DNA from: Microbotryum violaceum
Lineage: Eukaryota
Direction of reading: 5' to 3'
Assembly (NCBI GenBank): GCA_001244265.2
Contig: CDLV01000007.1
Coordinates: 2,046,001 to 2,110,000 of the forward strand
Length of the DNA stretch: 64,000 nucleotides
The position numbers were made by a program, and so were the translations under genes. Shown piece by piece: positions 31,256 to 64,000 of the stretch. Each line of letters starts with the position of its first letter. Positions within the stretch are counted from its first letter, which is position 1. The notes below the pieces were generated by a model that searched no databases, was not told where the DNA came from, and worked only from the letters and a program-made list of their open reading frames with translations.

Positions 31256-32944
31256 CAATGGCGGTGAGTACACATTGAAGGCCTTCACCGACTACTGCTC
31301 CACCCACGGCATCACCAGGCAACTCACAATCCCATACACCCCGGAGCAAAACGGCCGAGCTGAACGGATAAATCACACCATCGTCAAGGGAACAATTGCC
31401 CTCTTCCAACAATCGGGATTACCCATGAAGCTCTGGCGAGAGGCCCTCCTGTACGTTGTTGACACAAAGAACCTCAGCCCGCACAGCGCACTCGACCACA
31501 AGATCCCGGACGCTGTCTGGTACGGCAAACCGATCAACATGGCAAACCTGAGGGCATTCGGCTGCCGCGCCTGGCACACCTGTCGAATTTCATTCTACTA
31601 CAAGCCTTCGAACACTTCAACCTCGGGCGCCTTTCGTAAGCTGCCCCCTTGCCGTGGCCAAGCCGCCCCCCAGCCATTCGCCTCAGCGCCTTCGCCAACC
31701 AAGCCGCCCCCTTGTTTGCCGCCCCCGCGCCAGCCTGTTCAACTCACGCTCGCGCGCCGCCACCTCCACATCAGGACTCAGTTGATCCGCCCTCCAGTCT
31801 TGCCAAGCCAATGCCTCCGCCTAGTCACCTCCAACTTGCCGCTGCCGTCCTCGTGTTCCATCGGCCATCCAGAGTATCGCCCATGCATGATGCCCGCCGT
31901 TCGCAACCTGGACTCGTCACTACGGACTCCCTCGCTTACCAACGCTCGACATTGTGGATATGTTTCCCTTGTGCCTGTCGTCCAACACGACTCCTCCTAG
32001 ATGGTCCGCTTGGAGTTCAGCCTTGAAGCTTCGCGGCAAGCCTGCCCAATTTGCAGTAGATCCTTTGCCGGCGCCTTTGCTAGAACCTTGTCAAACTCGC
32101 GCCCTCCTGTGCCTTTCTTCCTCTTCTCTACCGCTTCCCGACATTAGCTAGATTGCTGATCTTTGGTAGAGAACAGATCGTCCAGCCGCACCGCGTCCGT
32201 CTCGTCAGACCGCGTCTGTACCGCCTCACAACTTCTCCCCTTTGGGCCGTCCGTTGCACGTCGACACTCCAACTCGTAGCTCCCAGCGGTCGCTACTCGG
32301 AACGCCAAAAGCCATCCGATTCACATTCAACAACACCACCCCTCAGCACAAGCGGTCAAAACTCGAACCCAAGGCCAAACCGTTCATCTTCGTCGGCTCC
32401 AACAACAAGTCCAAGGCCTGGACATTGTACGACCCTGCCACGATATCAAATTCAATGAGAAGGTATTCCCCGCTCGAGATGCCCCAATTGGCCCACCAAA
32501 ACCTTGCATGCCACCCACCACTGGCGACTGGACCTTTGTCAACGCTGCACACGCCTTGCAAACTACGCCACGACCATCCACCCCACCCATCGTACACCAG
32601 AACCAATTTGCCACGCTTGAGACCGAAGACAGTGATGATGCAACGATCTGTTGAATTGCATTCTGCCAAGCCTTCGAACACTTCGACTTTGGGCCGCCGT
32701 TTGACGGGCTTGTCCGCCTTTCGCCTCGCGCCTTTGCCTTGGCACACGCGCCTTCGCCTCTGCAAGTCTCCACCGCGCCCCCTGTCCCTCGAGCCTTGCC
32801 GCATGACGCTTGCGTCCAGCCTCACTCCTCGACCCATGTGCACCGTTGTCACCTCGTCCACATCTTGGTCAGTCTGCCCGTCGTTGCCAGCTTCACCTGC
32901 TCTGCCATGCTCGCCACCACGCGCCTTTGCCTCTTGGCACATTC
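31256..32944 (+). mobile_element. Degraded Copia integrase remnants
   Basis: NGGEY...PYTPEQNGRAERINHTI...NLRAFGCRAW (about 31256-31580) and KRSKLEPKAKPFIFVG...KAWTLYDP (about 32340-32440), with scrambled sequence between. Confidence 0.75.
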
Positions 32945-40960
<8,016 letters not shown>

Positions 40961-40961
40961 G

Positions 40962-44517
<3,556 letters not shown>

Positions 44518-45867
44518 TTTTTTTTTTTTTTGTAGATTTTTTTTTTGTATGAAACTCATCGCTAATTTGCAAGACGAGAAACCCCCCTACGGAACTAAAG
44601 GTGATGTTGCCCAGTATGCACGTTGATGACCACAACCGCCGCTCGATGCGTTGTAACTAGCAGAACAGACCAACCCGATACATCCGAGTTCAAGTCCCCC
44701 CACCCACGGTTGCTCCCTCCCAGAGACGAATGAAAGGAAGATTGAAGATAATACACGGGGAATCTGGAAACGATGGAAGAAATGTTGGTGGTGGTACATG
44801 TGTTGTACAGGTGAATCCGATCATAGTGGTACAGTTGAACCTTCTTCGATCTTTTGACTTCAGACCCCCCTGAGACTGCCATACTCCTTGAGGCCCTTAA
44901 TTCTTTGAGACGCGTCGAACAAGGCCTCCGATGGCACAAACATCCCGCTCAATCCGAATGATTCACGTGGTCCAAAAGGGGGAATGTAACCCCCTGCGAC
45001 CGCAGCAATCACATACCCCTTGTACCCGTCTGCGCTGGATCTCCACCGCGGAGTCCAACCCCTTTTCGGTTACCAAAGTCTGCCCCCCTCGCGACCGCAC
45101 AACCCCAGATCACCCCCATTTCAATGACTGCAACTGCGAAACAGGCCTACTTCGCACAAAAACACACAATCCAGAGATTTCCGGGGAAAGTCATGGAGCA
45201 TGTGACAGTCCATTGGACACGCCTCGGTCTGCAGCGCGGGCGGGTGGCCGTCAACACCGTCGCGCAGCTGGAGACAAGAGGCGGGGTATACCTTCCGCAG
45301 GGGCCTCGCTTCCCTGCGGCGTACTCCCAATCTCGGAACGCACACTCGAGTCCCGTTGTACGTGCAGGTGGTTCCCAATCACCGCAGATACTGGGGAAAG
45401 AAGGAGCATGAGGCCCACGACGGTGATGTCATTGGGTGGGACCTCGCTCGAGTGTGGATGTGTATGGCGGTTCGGTACCCGAGTCACCCGCCGCGCGGCC
45501 GCGACTCCGAGCGAGCAGCAAAGCAAGGAGAGGCGAGCCACGCAGGCAGTTTGTGCCGGCCTTGAACAGGAGATCACGGAGTCGCTCGACCGAAAGAGAA
45601 AACAGACCCGGCCCTTGAGAGGAGTGGAAAACTCACGGCGTAGTCCAGGAGAGGGCCGAGGGGATCCGCTTTCGCTGTGTGTCATCGTGATGTGGCAGAA
45701 GCTCGAACCAAGGGCGACGATGCTCGCCGGCGCAAAGAACCCGAGGCTCCTGGGGAGTACGGAAGCCTATGATGAGGTATGGCAAAAAGAGCGAGAGAAA
45801 ACAGGTTCAGTATGCTGGCGTTTTTGGGAGACAGTGGAGAGATTGAGAAAGAGGGAAAGGGGACTTG

Positions 45868-45870
<3 letters not shown>
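44518..45870 (-). mobile_element. Highly degraded LINE 3' fragment (family E)
   Basis: Double T-run tail 44518-44546. 3' UTR shares CCTACGGAA, CACAACCGCC and CGGTTGCTCCC motifs with LINE A. Faint ORF2 C-terminal remnants. Confidence 0.7.
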
Positions 45871-52333
<6,463 letters not shown>

Positions 52334-52344
52334 TAAAATTTTTA

Positions 52345-55300
52345 TTTTTTTTTTTGTAGAAAACGTTCATCATATTGCCCCCAGTTCCTGTTCCCCCTGT
52401 TTTGGCCTACGGAAAAACTAGATGGAAGACTACGATGATAACACAAACCGCCCGCAAAAGTGCGAGAAACGAGCCAAGTCCACCAATCCGAGATTCAGAT
52501 TCAAATGCCCTAGCCAAGCGGTTGCTCCCCCCCGGAGACTAATGAGAGAGAGAAAGAGAGATGAAGAGAAAAAGAAAGAAAAGAAATGTACTAACGACAG
52601 AAGGCCCACCCCACAGCCACTTCCCACTCGGTCGAGACGAAGACAAGAGCACGACTGCGCAACCACCACGACCCTCGACGCTCCAAGTCTCTGCTCAGTC
52701 ACAACAAGACGCGGTGAAGGTCCCTCAAAACCTCCCCCATCGGCAGTCCCTGGCCCCTCAAAGCCGACTTTCTGCCTGTGTCCGCTGATCCCTCCCTTGA
52801 CTCAGAACCCCGAAGCCGAAGAGCGCGAGCCACACCGAGTCGACGCCAAATCGCGAGATGGTCCATGATCCGCAACGATGAACCTGTAACAAATGAAAGA
52901 TGAAAGCGATCTATTTAGTGTACAGTAGGAGAAAATGATGTCACGAGAATTTGGTGTGTGTGTGTGTGTAGTGGTGGTGGGGGGAAAGTCGAACCCAGCC
53001 TCTACTGCCCTCTCCTCCCCCAAGCTCCTCCCGCCCTCAGCTTCAACCTCTCCTCCAAGATGATCCTCCTCCTCCCAACACCCTCCATCCTCGTCCCCAC
53101 TTTTGCATCCCCCACCTCCCACTGCTGATCATCTCCAAGACCAGCCCGGTGAATATTTCGATCGTCCTCCCCGCTCCTTCTTGATCGCGTAGACTGGCCT
53201 TGAGCTTCGGAAGTCCGAACATGCGTTGAACAGCCGTGTAATGCGTGTTGTCGATCGTGTCGAGCCCCAGTGCGTCGCAGAGCACGCTCCTTGCCGCGAT
53301 CCAAACGTTCCCAGAGTCAACGCAGTCGAAAAAGTAGTGGTCGGTGTCGTCCACCGGCGCTTTGCAGACGAGGCACGCGGAAGAAGTGTCGTGATTCTGT
53401 TGGTGTTGCAGCTTGCGCGTCGGGGTGAAGCGGAGAATCAGCTTGAACCAAACTTCCCTCTCCCTCGCCGTCAGTGCCTTCGAGTTGACCGCCTTCCAAA
53501 AGCTCCTGAGGTCGTCCGGCTGCGGTGGTCCCTTGAGCCCGAGCGTGTTGGTAAAGGCCTTCGCGTTCAGGACCCGGCGGATGCGACGGATGGTGTACGG
53601 TCGAGCCATGTTCAGCAGCTTGTACTGGCTCGCCTGCTGTGGAAGCACCGGGTCCGGAAGGCGCTGCTCCATTGCGAAGCGGGCCACGGGCTTGGGGAGA
53701 ATCGCCTCGAGTGGTGCGCTGGTGCCGATCCGTGGAGGCACGTTGAGCCGTCCTGCCGCCACCGCCACCGCCAAGGGCGTGTTCTTGTGTCGATCGACAG
53801 TGAACCGGTACCAGGCCGCGATTGCCAGTCGCTGCGGGAGCCCGCGTCGATCGTACTCGCTGTTGTCGCCGAGCACATCCGCCGGCGGCGTCCAAAGGTG
53901 AAACCCCCCACCCGCATACAACTCGCGCCGGTAAAGATCCGCCACCTTCGGGTAGCCCTGGAGACGAAGGTAGTCAGGTATATGAACCGCGTCGATGGTC
54001 TGTCTCCCTCTGATGGGGTGTGGAGGCTGCCGAGCAAGGTGGGAAGCGCGAGCAGGTTCGCGGTGGTCAAGGTCCTCGGGTTGACCTGCGCGTCTTGCTG
54101 TTTCGGAACCCCAAAGCTGCTCGCCATCGGGGATGGAGGTCGCTGGGGATGGGAGTGGATGGATGTGGCCAGAGATCGGTGGCCAGGTCGAGGTCGGACT
54201 GAGCTCGCTGGAGTGCCGCGCGCGCAAGTCCTTGCCAGATCGCGCCCGAACCGCCGAGAAGAACGTCCCAGATCCGTGCCGCAACCGCGTACACAACGTC
54301 CTGCATCCTGATCACCCCGAGTCCCCCCTTGAGCTTGGCTGTGAACACGATATCTCTGCCGTAGCTGGTCCTGCCCTTGCCCCACGGACGAAATCGACGA
54401 GCATGTCATCGAGCTTCTTGACGACTTCGGGCGGCGGGATGTCGGCTGCAAGGAAGTGCAGGATCTTGGGGATGGCGTACCGATTGACGTAAAAGGCACG
54501 GGTGTGGTGTGTGAGCCAGCGATGCTGAACCCCTTCCAGCGTCGCCTCGAGGCGTTCGATGAGATTCGCGTAGGCGAGTTCGGTGTCGCCGCTCGGGTCG
54601 AAGGGGAGGCCGATCCACTCGAGCGACTCGCCTGCGGCCTTGACGACGAGCGGGCGTTGCCCCGGGTCCCAGCGGCGTCCGATCGGTAGGACGACCGTCT
54701 TGTCCGTGTTGAGCCGGCCATTCGTTGCATGCCTCCAGTCGAGCGCCAGGTCATCGAGCAAGTTGAGTGACCCCAAGCTCGCGACGGCGACGACAACGTC
54801 ATCGGCAAAAGCAAGCGATGTAATGGCGCGGCTCTGTGGGTACGGATGAAGTGCAGGTATGGAGAGATTCAGCGCGATGTTTCGACGGTGTAGAGCATCC
54901 AGAAACGGCTGAAACACGATGTCCTAGACCGACGACGACGCCGGGTCCCCTTGGCCGAGCCCACATGTCAGTCGTACCGGCGCCGTCAAGAACCCATTGA
55001 TGATGTAGCGGGCCGAGGTCGAGTCACCCGAGTAGAGCATCATCAGCACGCGAAGAAAGGTGGCAGGAGCGCCCAGAGCGTCAAAGATGGCAAAGATCCA
55101 GTCATGCTCGACGAGGTCGTAGGCGGACGATTGGTCAAGAGATAAGAGTGCGGCCGCGGGGAACTCGGTCCTGCGCGCGCCAACTTCCTCGATCAGGAGA
55201 CGAAGGTGTAGTGCAGCGTCAGCCGATCGGCGGTCCTTGACGAATCCGTGCTGCTGCGGCGGGAGGAGATCGGGTAGAATCTGGTTCAAACGGGCGACAT

Positions 55301-58300
55301 AGACCTTGGTAAAGACCTTGTAATCGCACTCGCGCAGGGTGATCGGCCGGTACGACGAAAGTTCGGCGCGATCGGCATTCTTCTTGTGTCGCTTGAAGAT
55401 GAGGCGCACGAGTCCTTGGCCCTGCTTGGGAGAGAGTGAGCCTCGCTCTATCATCGTGTTGTAGGCCTTGGTCAGCACCTTGGCCCACGCCTTGGGTGCG
55501 GTCTGGTAGAGTTCGTAGGGCACGCCCGACGGTCCCGGCGATCGCCCCGGGTGCGTCGTCCCGATCGCGGCCACGACCTCGTCCTCGGTGATTGGTCGCT
55601 GGAGTAAGTCGATCTGTGATTCCGAGAGTCGGCGCAGAAAGAGAGGATCCGAGCGCGGGTCGTCGCAAGTCCGCGCCGCCCTGATCGGCGCGAGGAATTC
55701 GTCCCGAAGTCGGTCGACGCGGTCCGGGTCACGAGGCTCGATGTGGTAGAGGCGCTGGAAATGCGCCTGCGTGTGGTCAAGAGCGACATCAATGTCCTGC
55801 GTTAGCTCTCCGTTGCTCAAGCGCAGTGCTGTGATCTTGGAGTCCGAGTTCCGCGCCGCGAGCTTGGCGTGGACCGGCCGCGACAGTCGTTCCTCGGAGG
55901 CGATCTCGGGTACGTGGGCTCGGATCCGGAGTAGGCGCGCGCGCTCCTCGACCGCCCGCTTGAGTTCCTCGGACGTCCTTGTCCATTCTGCCGTTTCCGC
56001 CTCCCCCCATTCCGGTATCGCCTCCAGATCCTGCACCCTCCCCACCAAATACTCCATCCGTTCCGTCCGCTCCCGATGCAGCCTCCTCGCCATCTCCCCA
56101 CCCCTATCCCTGCACGCCTTCAGAATGACCTCGAGCTCCCCCACCGGTTCCTCCCCGCTTGCCCCTTCCAACCATCCTTCCATCATCCGCTGGAATTCCA
56201 CCGTCTTAAAGGTTGTGGTGTTGATTCGATGTAGTTGGTTTGATGTGGTAGGTAGGCTGAGCTGTGGGAGGGTCGCATCAGGATCGTCTGAGAGAGCCAG
56301 CACAATCAAGACCGGTCGGTGATCGGAAAGCTCCTTGGGATAGTCGTAGATCGTCGAGGCCTGATCGAGTCTTTTTTGGTGTGTCCGTTGCAGGAGAAAG
56401 TAGTCAAGCCGGGAGAAGGAGTTGGGTCGCTTGCGATTGGGATTAGGTCGAGTGAAGGATGGGGTGATGGGGTGTTTGTAGCGGATGCAGTCCGTGTAGG
56501 CCGAGTCGAGCTTGCCGATCAGGATTGGCCAGTGGTGGCCGCGCCGACTTTGGTTCCGCCGATCGACTTCTGGGCGCGGGCAGTCGTTGAGATCACCGCC
56601 AAGGAGTCGGAGGTGGGATTTATGTGTTTTGTGAAATAAGAGTTTGTCAAAGAATTTCGCTCGTTGCTTTGGGTCAACGGGCGCGTAAACGTTGTTGATT
56701 TCTAGAATTTTGATGTCGCCCCGCAGTCGAAAGGACGTGACGAGGAGCCGGCCGTCGAGTGCCGAGTGGGTGCGCAAGAGCTCGGCGTCGATCAGGGGGG
56801 AGTCAGCCGGAATTAGAGTCAGACAATGTTGGTTGATGAAGAGCTTGCCCTCGTACTCGTCCTTGATGAGTTGCCAGAGGTGCGGTCTGATGAAGTGCTC
56901 TTGTATGAGAATGGCCGATGCTTTGAAAAGGGATAGGTAGTTGTAAATGTCACGTCGTTTCTCCGGGACCCCCATGCCCCTCCTCACGTTCCAGGTGATG
57001 ATGGTGTGCTTAATCATTAATGGGTAGTTGAGGTCGAAGCGCTCTTGGCGGTGGTGACGTCCTCAAAGAGGGGGAGGGCGGGCAGGACATCGTCCTCGGG
57101 CTCGTGGTCGGACCATCTTTTCTCCTCGGCTACCCCCTTTGCTTTCCCTCGGTCCACTTTCGTCACGCCAACCGGCATCGCCGCCGCCGCTGACATCGAC
57201 CTCGTCACCCTCCGCCCCTCTGTTCCATCCTTGACAACGACGCGGCTCTTCCCTTTGATGATCACTCGCTTGGCGTCGGTCGGTTCGTCACTCGGGTCAC
57301 TGAGGTCCGCCGCAGTCTGCGACCTCTTCATTACCGGCTTTTTGAACTTCGAAGCGGTCCCCCTGATATTGATGGAACGTATCTCACCGTCCTCATCCCA
57401 CGTGGCAAAGTTGTGACGCACCAAAGGGGTTTCAGCGTCGAGCCTCCTCTCGATGCTTTGGTCCCGCTCGAGTCGTGCCTGCTCAACCCAGTTAGCTCTG
57501 ATCCTGTCCCACTCCTCCCCCTCGCGAAGCGACTTGGCAAGAGTTTCGGGTGACAAAGGTGGGGTTGGTTCGTGGGGTGTCGATTCGCGGGAAGCGGTGG
57601 CGGCGGTTGCTGTTGCGTCGCTGTCGTCGTCATTGCCCAGCCTGTTCGTCTCCCCTAAGTCCGTCGCTTCCGCGTTCTCCGCTTTCGTCGCTCCCCCTGC
57701 CTCGTCCACATCGTCCACCTCCGTCGCCACCTCCTCTTCCTCCATCTCCGTCGCCACCTCCCTTTCCTCCATCTCCGTCGCCACCTTGCCTTCTGTTTCG
57801 CCCCTTCCATCCGCCATCACCTCATCCTCATCAATCACCTCTCCATCGGATCCTCCGCAGTCCACTAAAACCGACTCGTCCTCGCTCTTAAGTTTGATGA
57901 CCTCCGTTTTCACGGTCGCCTCTGATTCCATCTCCGAGTCCTCCGAGTCCTCGTCATCCGCCTTATCACCAGCCTCCTCCTCCCCCGATTCCTCTGGCCC
58001 CTGTCCGCTCTGGCCAGTTACCGCTTCCTCCTGTCCCTCCTCAACCTCGAGCCCGGCGAAGCGATTCTGTGATGCGATCCTGCTAACAACTGGCACAGGA
58101 ATGGGGGCCTCGGCCTCCACAATGTTGGTGTCGTTGGTGATGGTGTTCTTGTTGGCGTTGGGTTGCCGTTGCCGTTGCCGTTGCCGTTGTGAGCCTCCTT
58201 TCGCTTGCTCTCCTGATCCAGTCCGCAGGTTCCCACGTGACCAACGAAGTGGCACCTACCGCAAGCCGCCTCCTTCTCATAGTCATGGCGAAGGGCGGTG

Positions 58301-59583
58301 ACCGAGATGCCTCGAGTGGGAAGGCCGATTCTCGAAGGTAGGATCTCTTTCAAGGTCGTGTTAGGGCGTTTGAACAGGGAGTCGTCATCGAAGTGTAGGA
58401 AAGCTGAGTAGTCTCCGGCAACGTGGGCAAAGGCCGAGGCGTTGTCCACGCTGATAATGCGCAGAACCTGCACAAGTTGGCACGAATGTCCCTTGCCTGA
58501 CAAGTCCTGCACTAGTAATTGGAACGATTTGATGATGGCATCCATGGAAGGCACTCCTTGAACACCGACGTTGATTCGAAGCTCGACCATGTTATGGTGG
58601 AACCTGTGAGATTTCGCGAAGCGGGCCTTCGCCGATCGCCAAGTGAGAGCAGGGGGCGTCGTAAGCGCAGCGTCACGTGCCTCGCCGGTGACGAACCCAA
58701 CGGTAACGCGATGGTGAGCCGCCCCATTACGCAGGATTGATGAATGTTGTACGCCTAGGATCTGTGGTCGATAGGCTGCAAGGTGGTCCGGCAGAGGAAC
58801 TCCAGGCTCAAAGCAGATAGGAGAGATCGGCGATAACAGCCTCGTGACGCAGGCCACGAGATCGGTCTTGTCGGCATGAGACGCTCGCGAGGCGCTCTGG
58901 TGAGACAGAGTCACTTCAAGGGCGTAATCAAAGATGTTCTCGACAGACCGGTTCGCGTTCAAGGCCGAGAATTTCAGCGATGTGGCGGTGGCGACGGGGT
59001 AGAGTTCGGCGAAGTAGATGGCCTGGACCCAACGATCCATGCGGTTTCCGGGTACAGCACCCATGGCTTGTAGGAGGCTGCCCAGAGCCTTGGCACGCTG
59101 TTGTTGTTGTTGCTGTTGTTCAGGTGACTGAGTCGCCTGACTCGCAGCGGCGGCATAGTTGGGTGCGGCGGTGGCGGGGCCCGTGGCTTGCGTCTTCTTC
59201 GAGCTTATCGGGATCTGGTCGCGGGTGGCTGGACGCTGGTGGCGGACACCGGTGGTGGCGGTGCCGGCCGTGGGGACCCAGGGTCTCCTGTAGACATCTT
59301 GTCGGTGTATCACTTGTTAACTCGAGTATCGAAGACTGCGGTAGGGCGATTTCGAAGTGAAGTGAAGTGAAGTGAAGTGAAGTGTAGTGAGGTGAGGTGA
59401 GGTGAGGTGAAGTGAAGTGAAGTGAAGTGAAGTGAAGTGAGGTGAGGTGAGGTGAAGTGAAGTGAAGTGAAGTGAAGTGAGGTGAAGTGAAGTGAAGTGA
59501 AGTGAGGTGAGGTGAGGTGAGGTGAGGTGAGGTGAAGTGAAGTGAAGTGAAGTGAAGTGAAGTGAAGTGAGGGGGAAGTCGAG
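52345..59583 (-). mobile_element. L1/Tx1-like LINE (A1), full length with a few disabling mutations
   Basis: T11 tail at 52345-52355. About 650-bp 3' UTR. ORF1 about 59300-57017 ([13 protein letters not shown]). ORF2 57017-53002 with APE, RT and zinc finger; premature stop at 54924 and frameshifts. Possible A/T TSD at 52334-52344 and 59584-59594. Confidence 0.94.
59354..59571. repeat. Pentanucleotide tandem array (GTGAA/GTGAG)n, about 43 units
   Basis: Directly visible; blocks of GTGAA and GTGAG units alternate. Lies at the 5' end of LINE A1. Confidence 0.97.
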
Positions 59584-59649
59584 TAAAAATTTTAAACTAG
59601 TGAGCAGTGATATGATATTGTACAAACGCGCCTATATTGCCACATTATC

Positions 59650-59736
59650 GGGGATGTAGCTCAGGGGTAGAGCGCTTGCTTAGCATCATCTTATGTGATG
59701 TGCATGAGGTCCCGGGTTCGATTCCCTGCCTCTCCA
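59650..59736 (+). tRNA. tRNA-Ala(AGC) with 15-nt intron (59686-59700); possibly pseudogenised
   Basis: GGGGATGTAGCTCAGGGGTAGAGCG...TT-AGC-A[intron]T...GGTTCGATTCC...CTCCA. G3-U70 alanine determinant, intact A and B boxes, TTTT at 59743-59746. One mismatch each in the acceptor, anticodon and T stems. Confidence 0.88.
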
Positions 59737-59834
59737 TAACTCTTTTGGTCTTTCCTCTCCTCTTGTTTACAGCTCCAATGGAGCTCCCAAAAACCATGTT
59801 CGTCCTTTTTTTTTTTTTTTTTTTTTTGCGGGTT

Positions 59835-60127
59835 TGATAGGACTGGTTGGAAATGTGAAGAGTCCAATCTCTCCTTGTGTCACAAAGGGAAGCTCGCCAC
59901 TCCGAGTTCGGCCTCTCAGCACTCTCGTCATCCACGTAACCTTGGCCTTCCCACGCCTCAGACCTCCTCTCCCCGCTTCGGCACCTGCACTGCTTTCTTC
60001 TCCTCCAACTACACACTCACAACCCTCTCACCCCCGACTCTTAGGTGATCATCAACCAAGCTCTATCTATTACGTGATCCTCCTGCCTCGCCTCCTCAAG
60101 CTCGCCCACCTCGTTCCCAACTCCTTA
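59835..60127. mobile_element. Probable solo LTR-like segment
   Basis: Begins TGATAGG and ends CTCCTTA, resembling the termini of neighbouring LTRs. No second copy in the window. Confidence 0.35.

Positions 60128-64000
<3,873 letters not shown>

Noticed and set aside
59317-59625. ORF of LHFTS repeats, or the array as a CRISPR
   Set aside because: It is the translation of a pentamer microsatellite; there are no spacers or cas genes and the context is eukaryotic.
59807-59827. T21 run downstream of the tRNA as another LINE tail
   Set aside because: The adjacent sequence shows no LINE UTR motifs, so it cannot be distinguished from a simple homopolymer.

Overview
Eukaryotic fungal DNA with GT-AG introns and CTRAC-type branch points. 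The gene set and the TpCpG-biased decay of the repeats suggest a basidiomycete, plausibly a Microbotryum-like Pucciniomycotina species; this is inference. Bases 1-14.4 kb are gene-dense: LTN1/RKR1 listerin E3 ligase, a Crh/Utr2-like GH16 with a transmembrane tail, a KRE2/KTR GT15 mannosyltransferase with a MITE in its promoter, and a DUF7918-like hypothetical gene. From about 14.6 kb to the end there is no recognisable host protein gene. That part is a nested transposon field: stacked Helitrons, a perfect 100-bp palindrome, at least four Ty1/Copia families, a Tf1-type self-priming Ty3/Gypsy fragment, solo LTRs and several L1/Tx1-like LINE families. Most notable are: (i) an 18.6-kb head-to-tail train of four different LINEs ending about 66 bp upstream of an intron-containing tRNA-Ala gene, a candidate tRNA/Pol III-targeted LINE system; (ii) two unrelated-looking solo LTRs sharing a covarying hairpin that covers a splice donor and has a duplicated competing arm; (iii) motifs conserved across the 3' UTRs of diverged LINE families; (iv) Helitrons that appear to start with TTA rather than TC and pile up at their own ends. 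Family labels (A-E) are my own. All alignments were done by eye and some boundaries are approximate.
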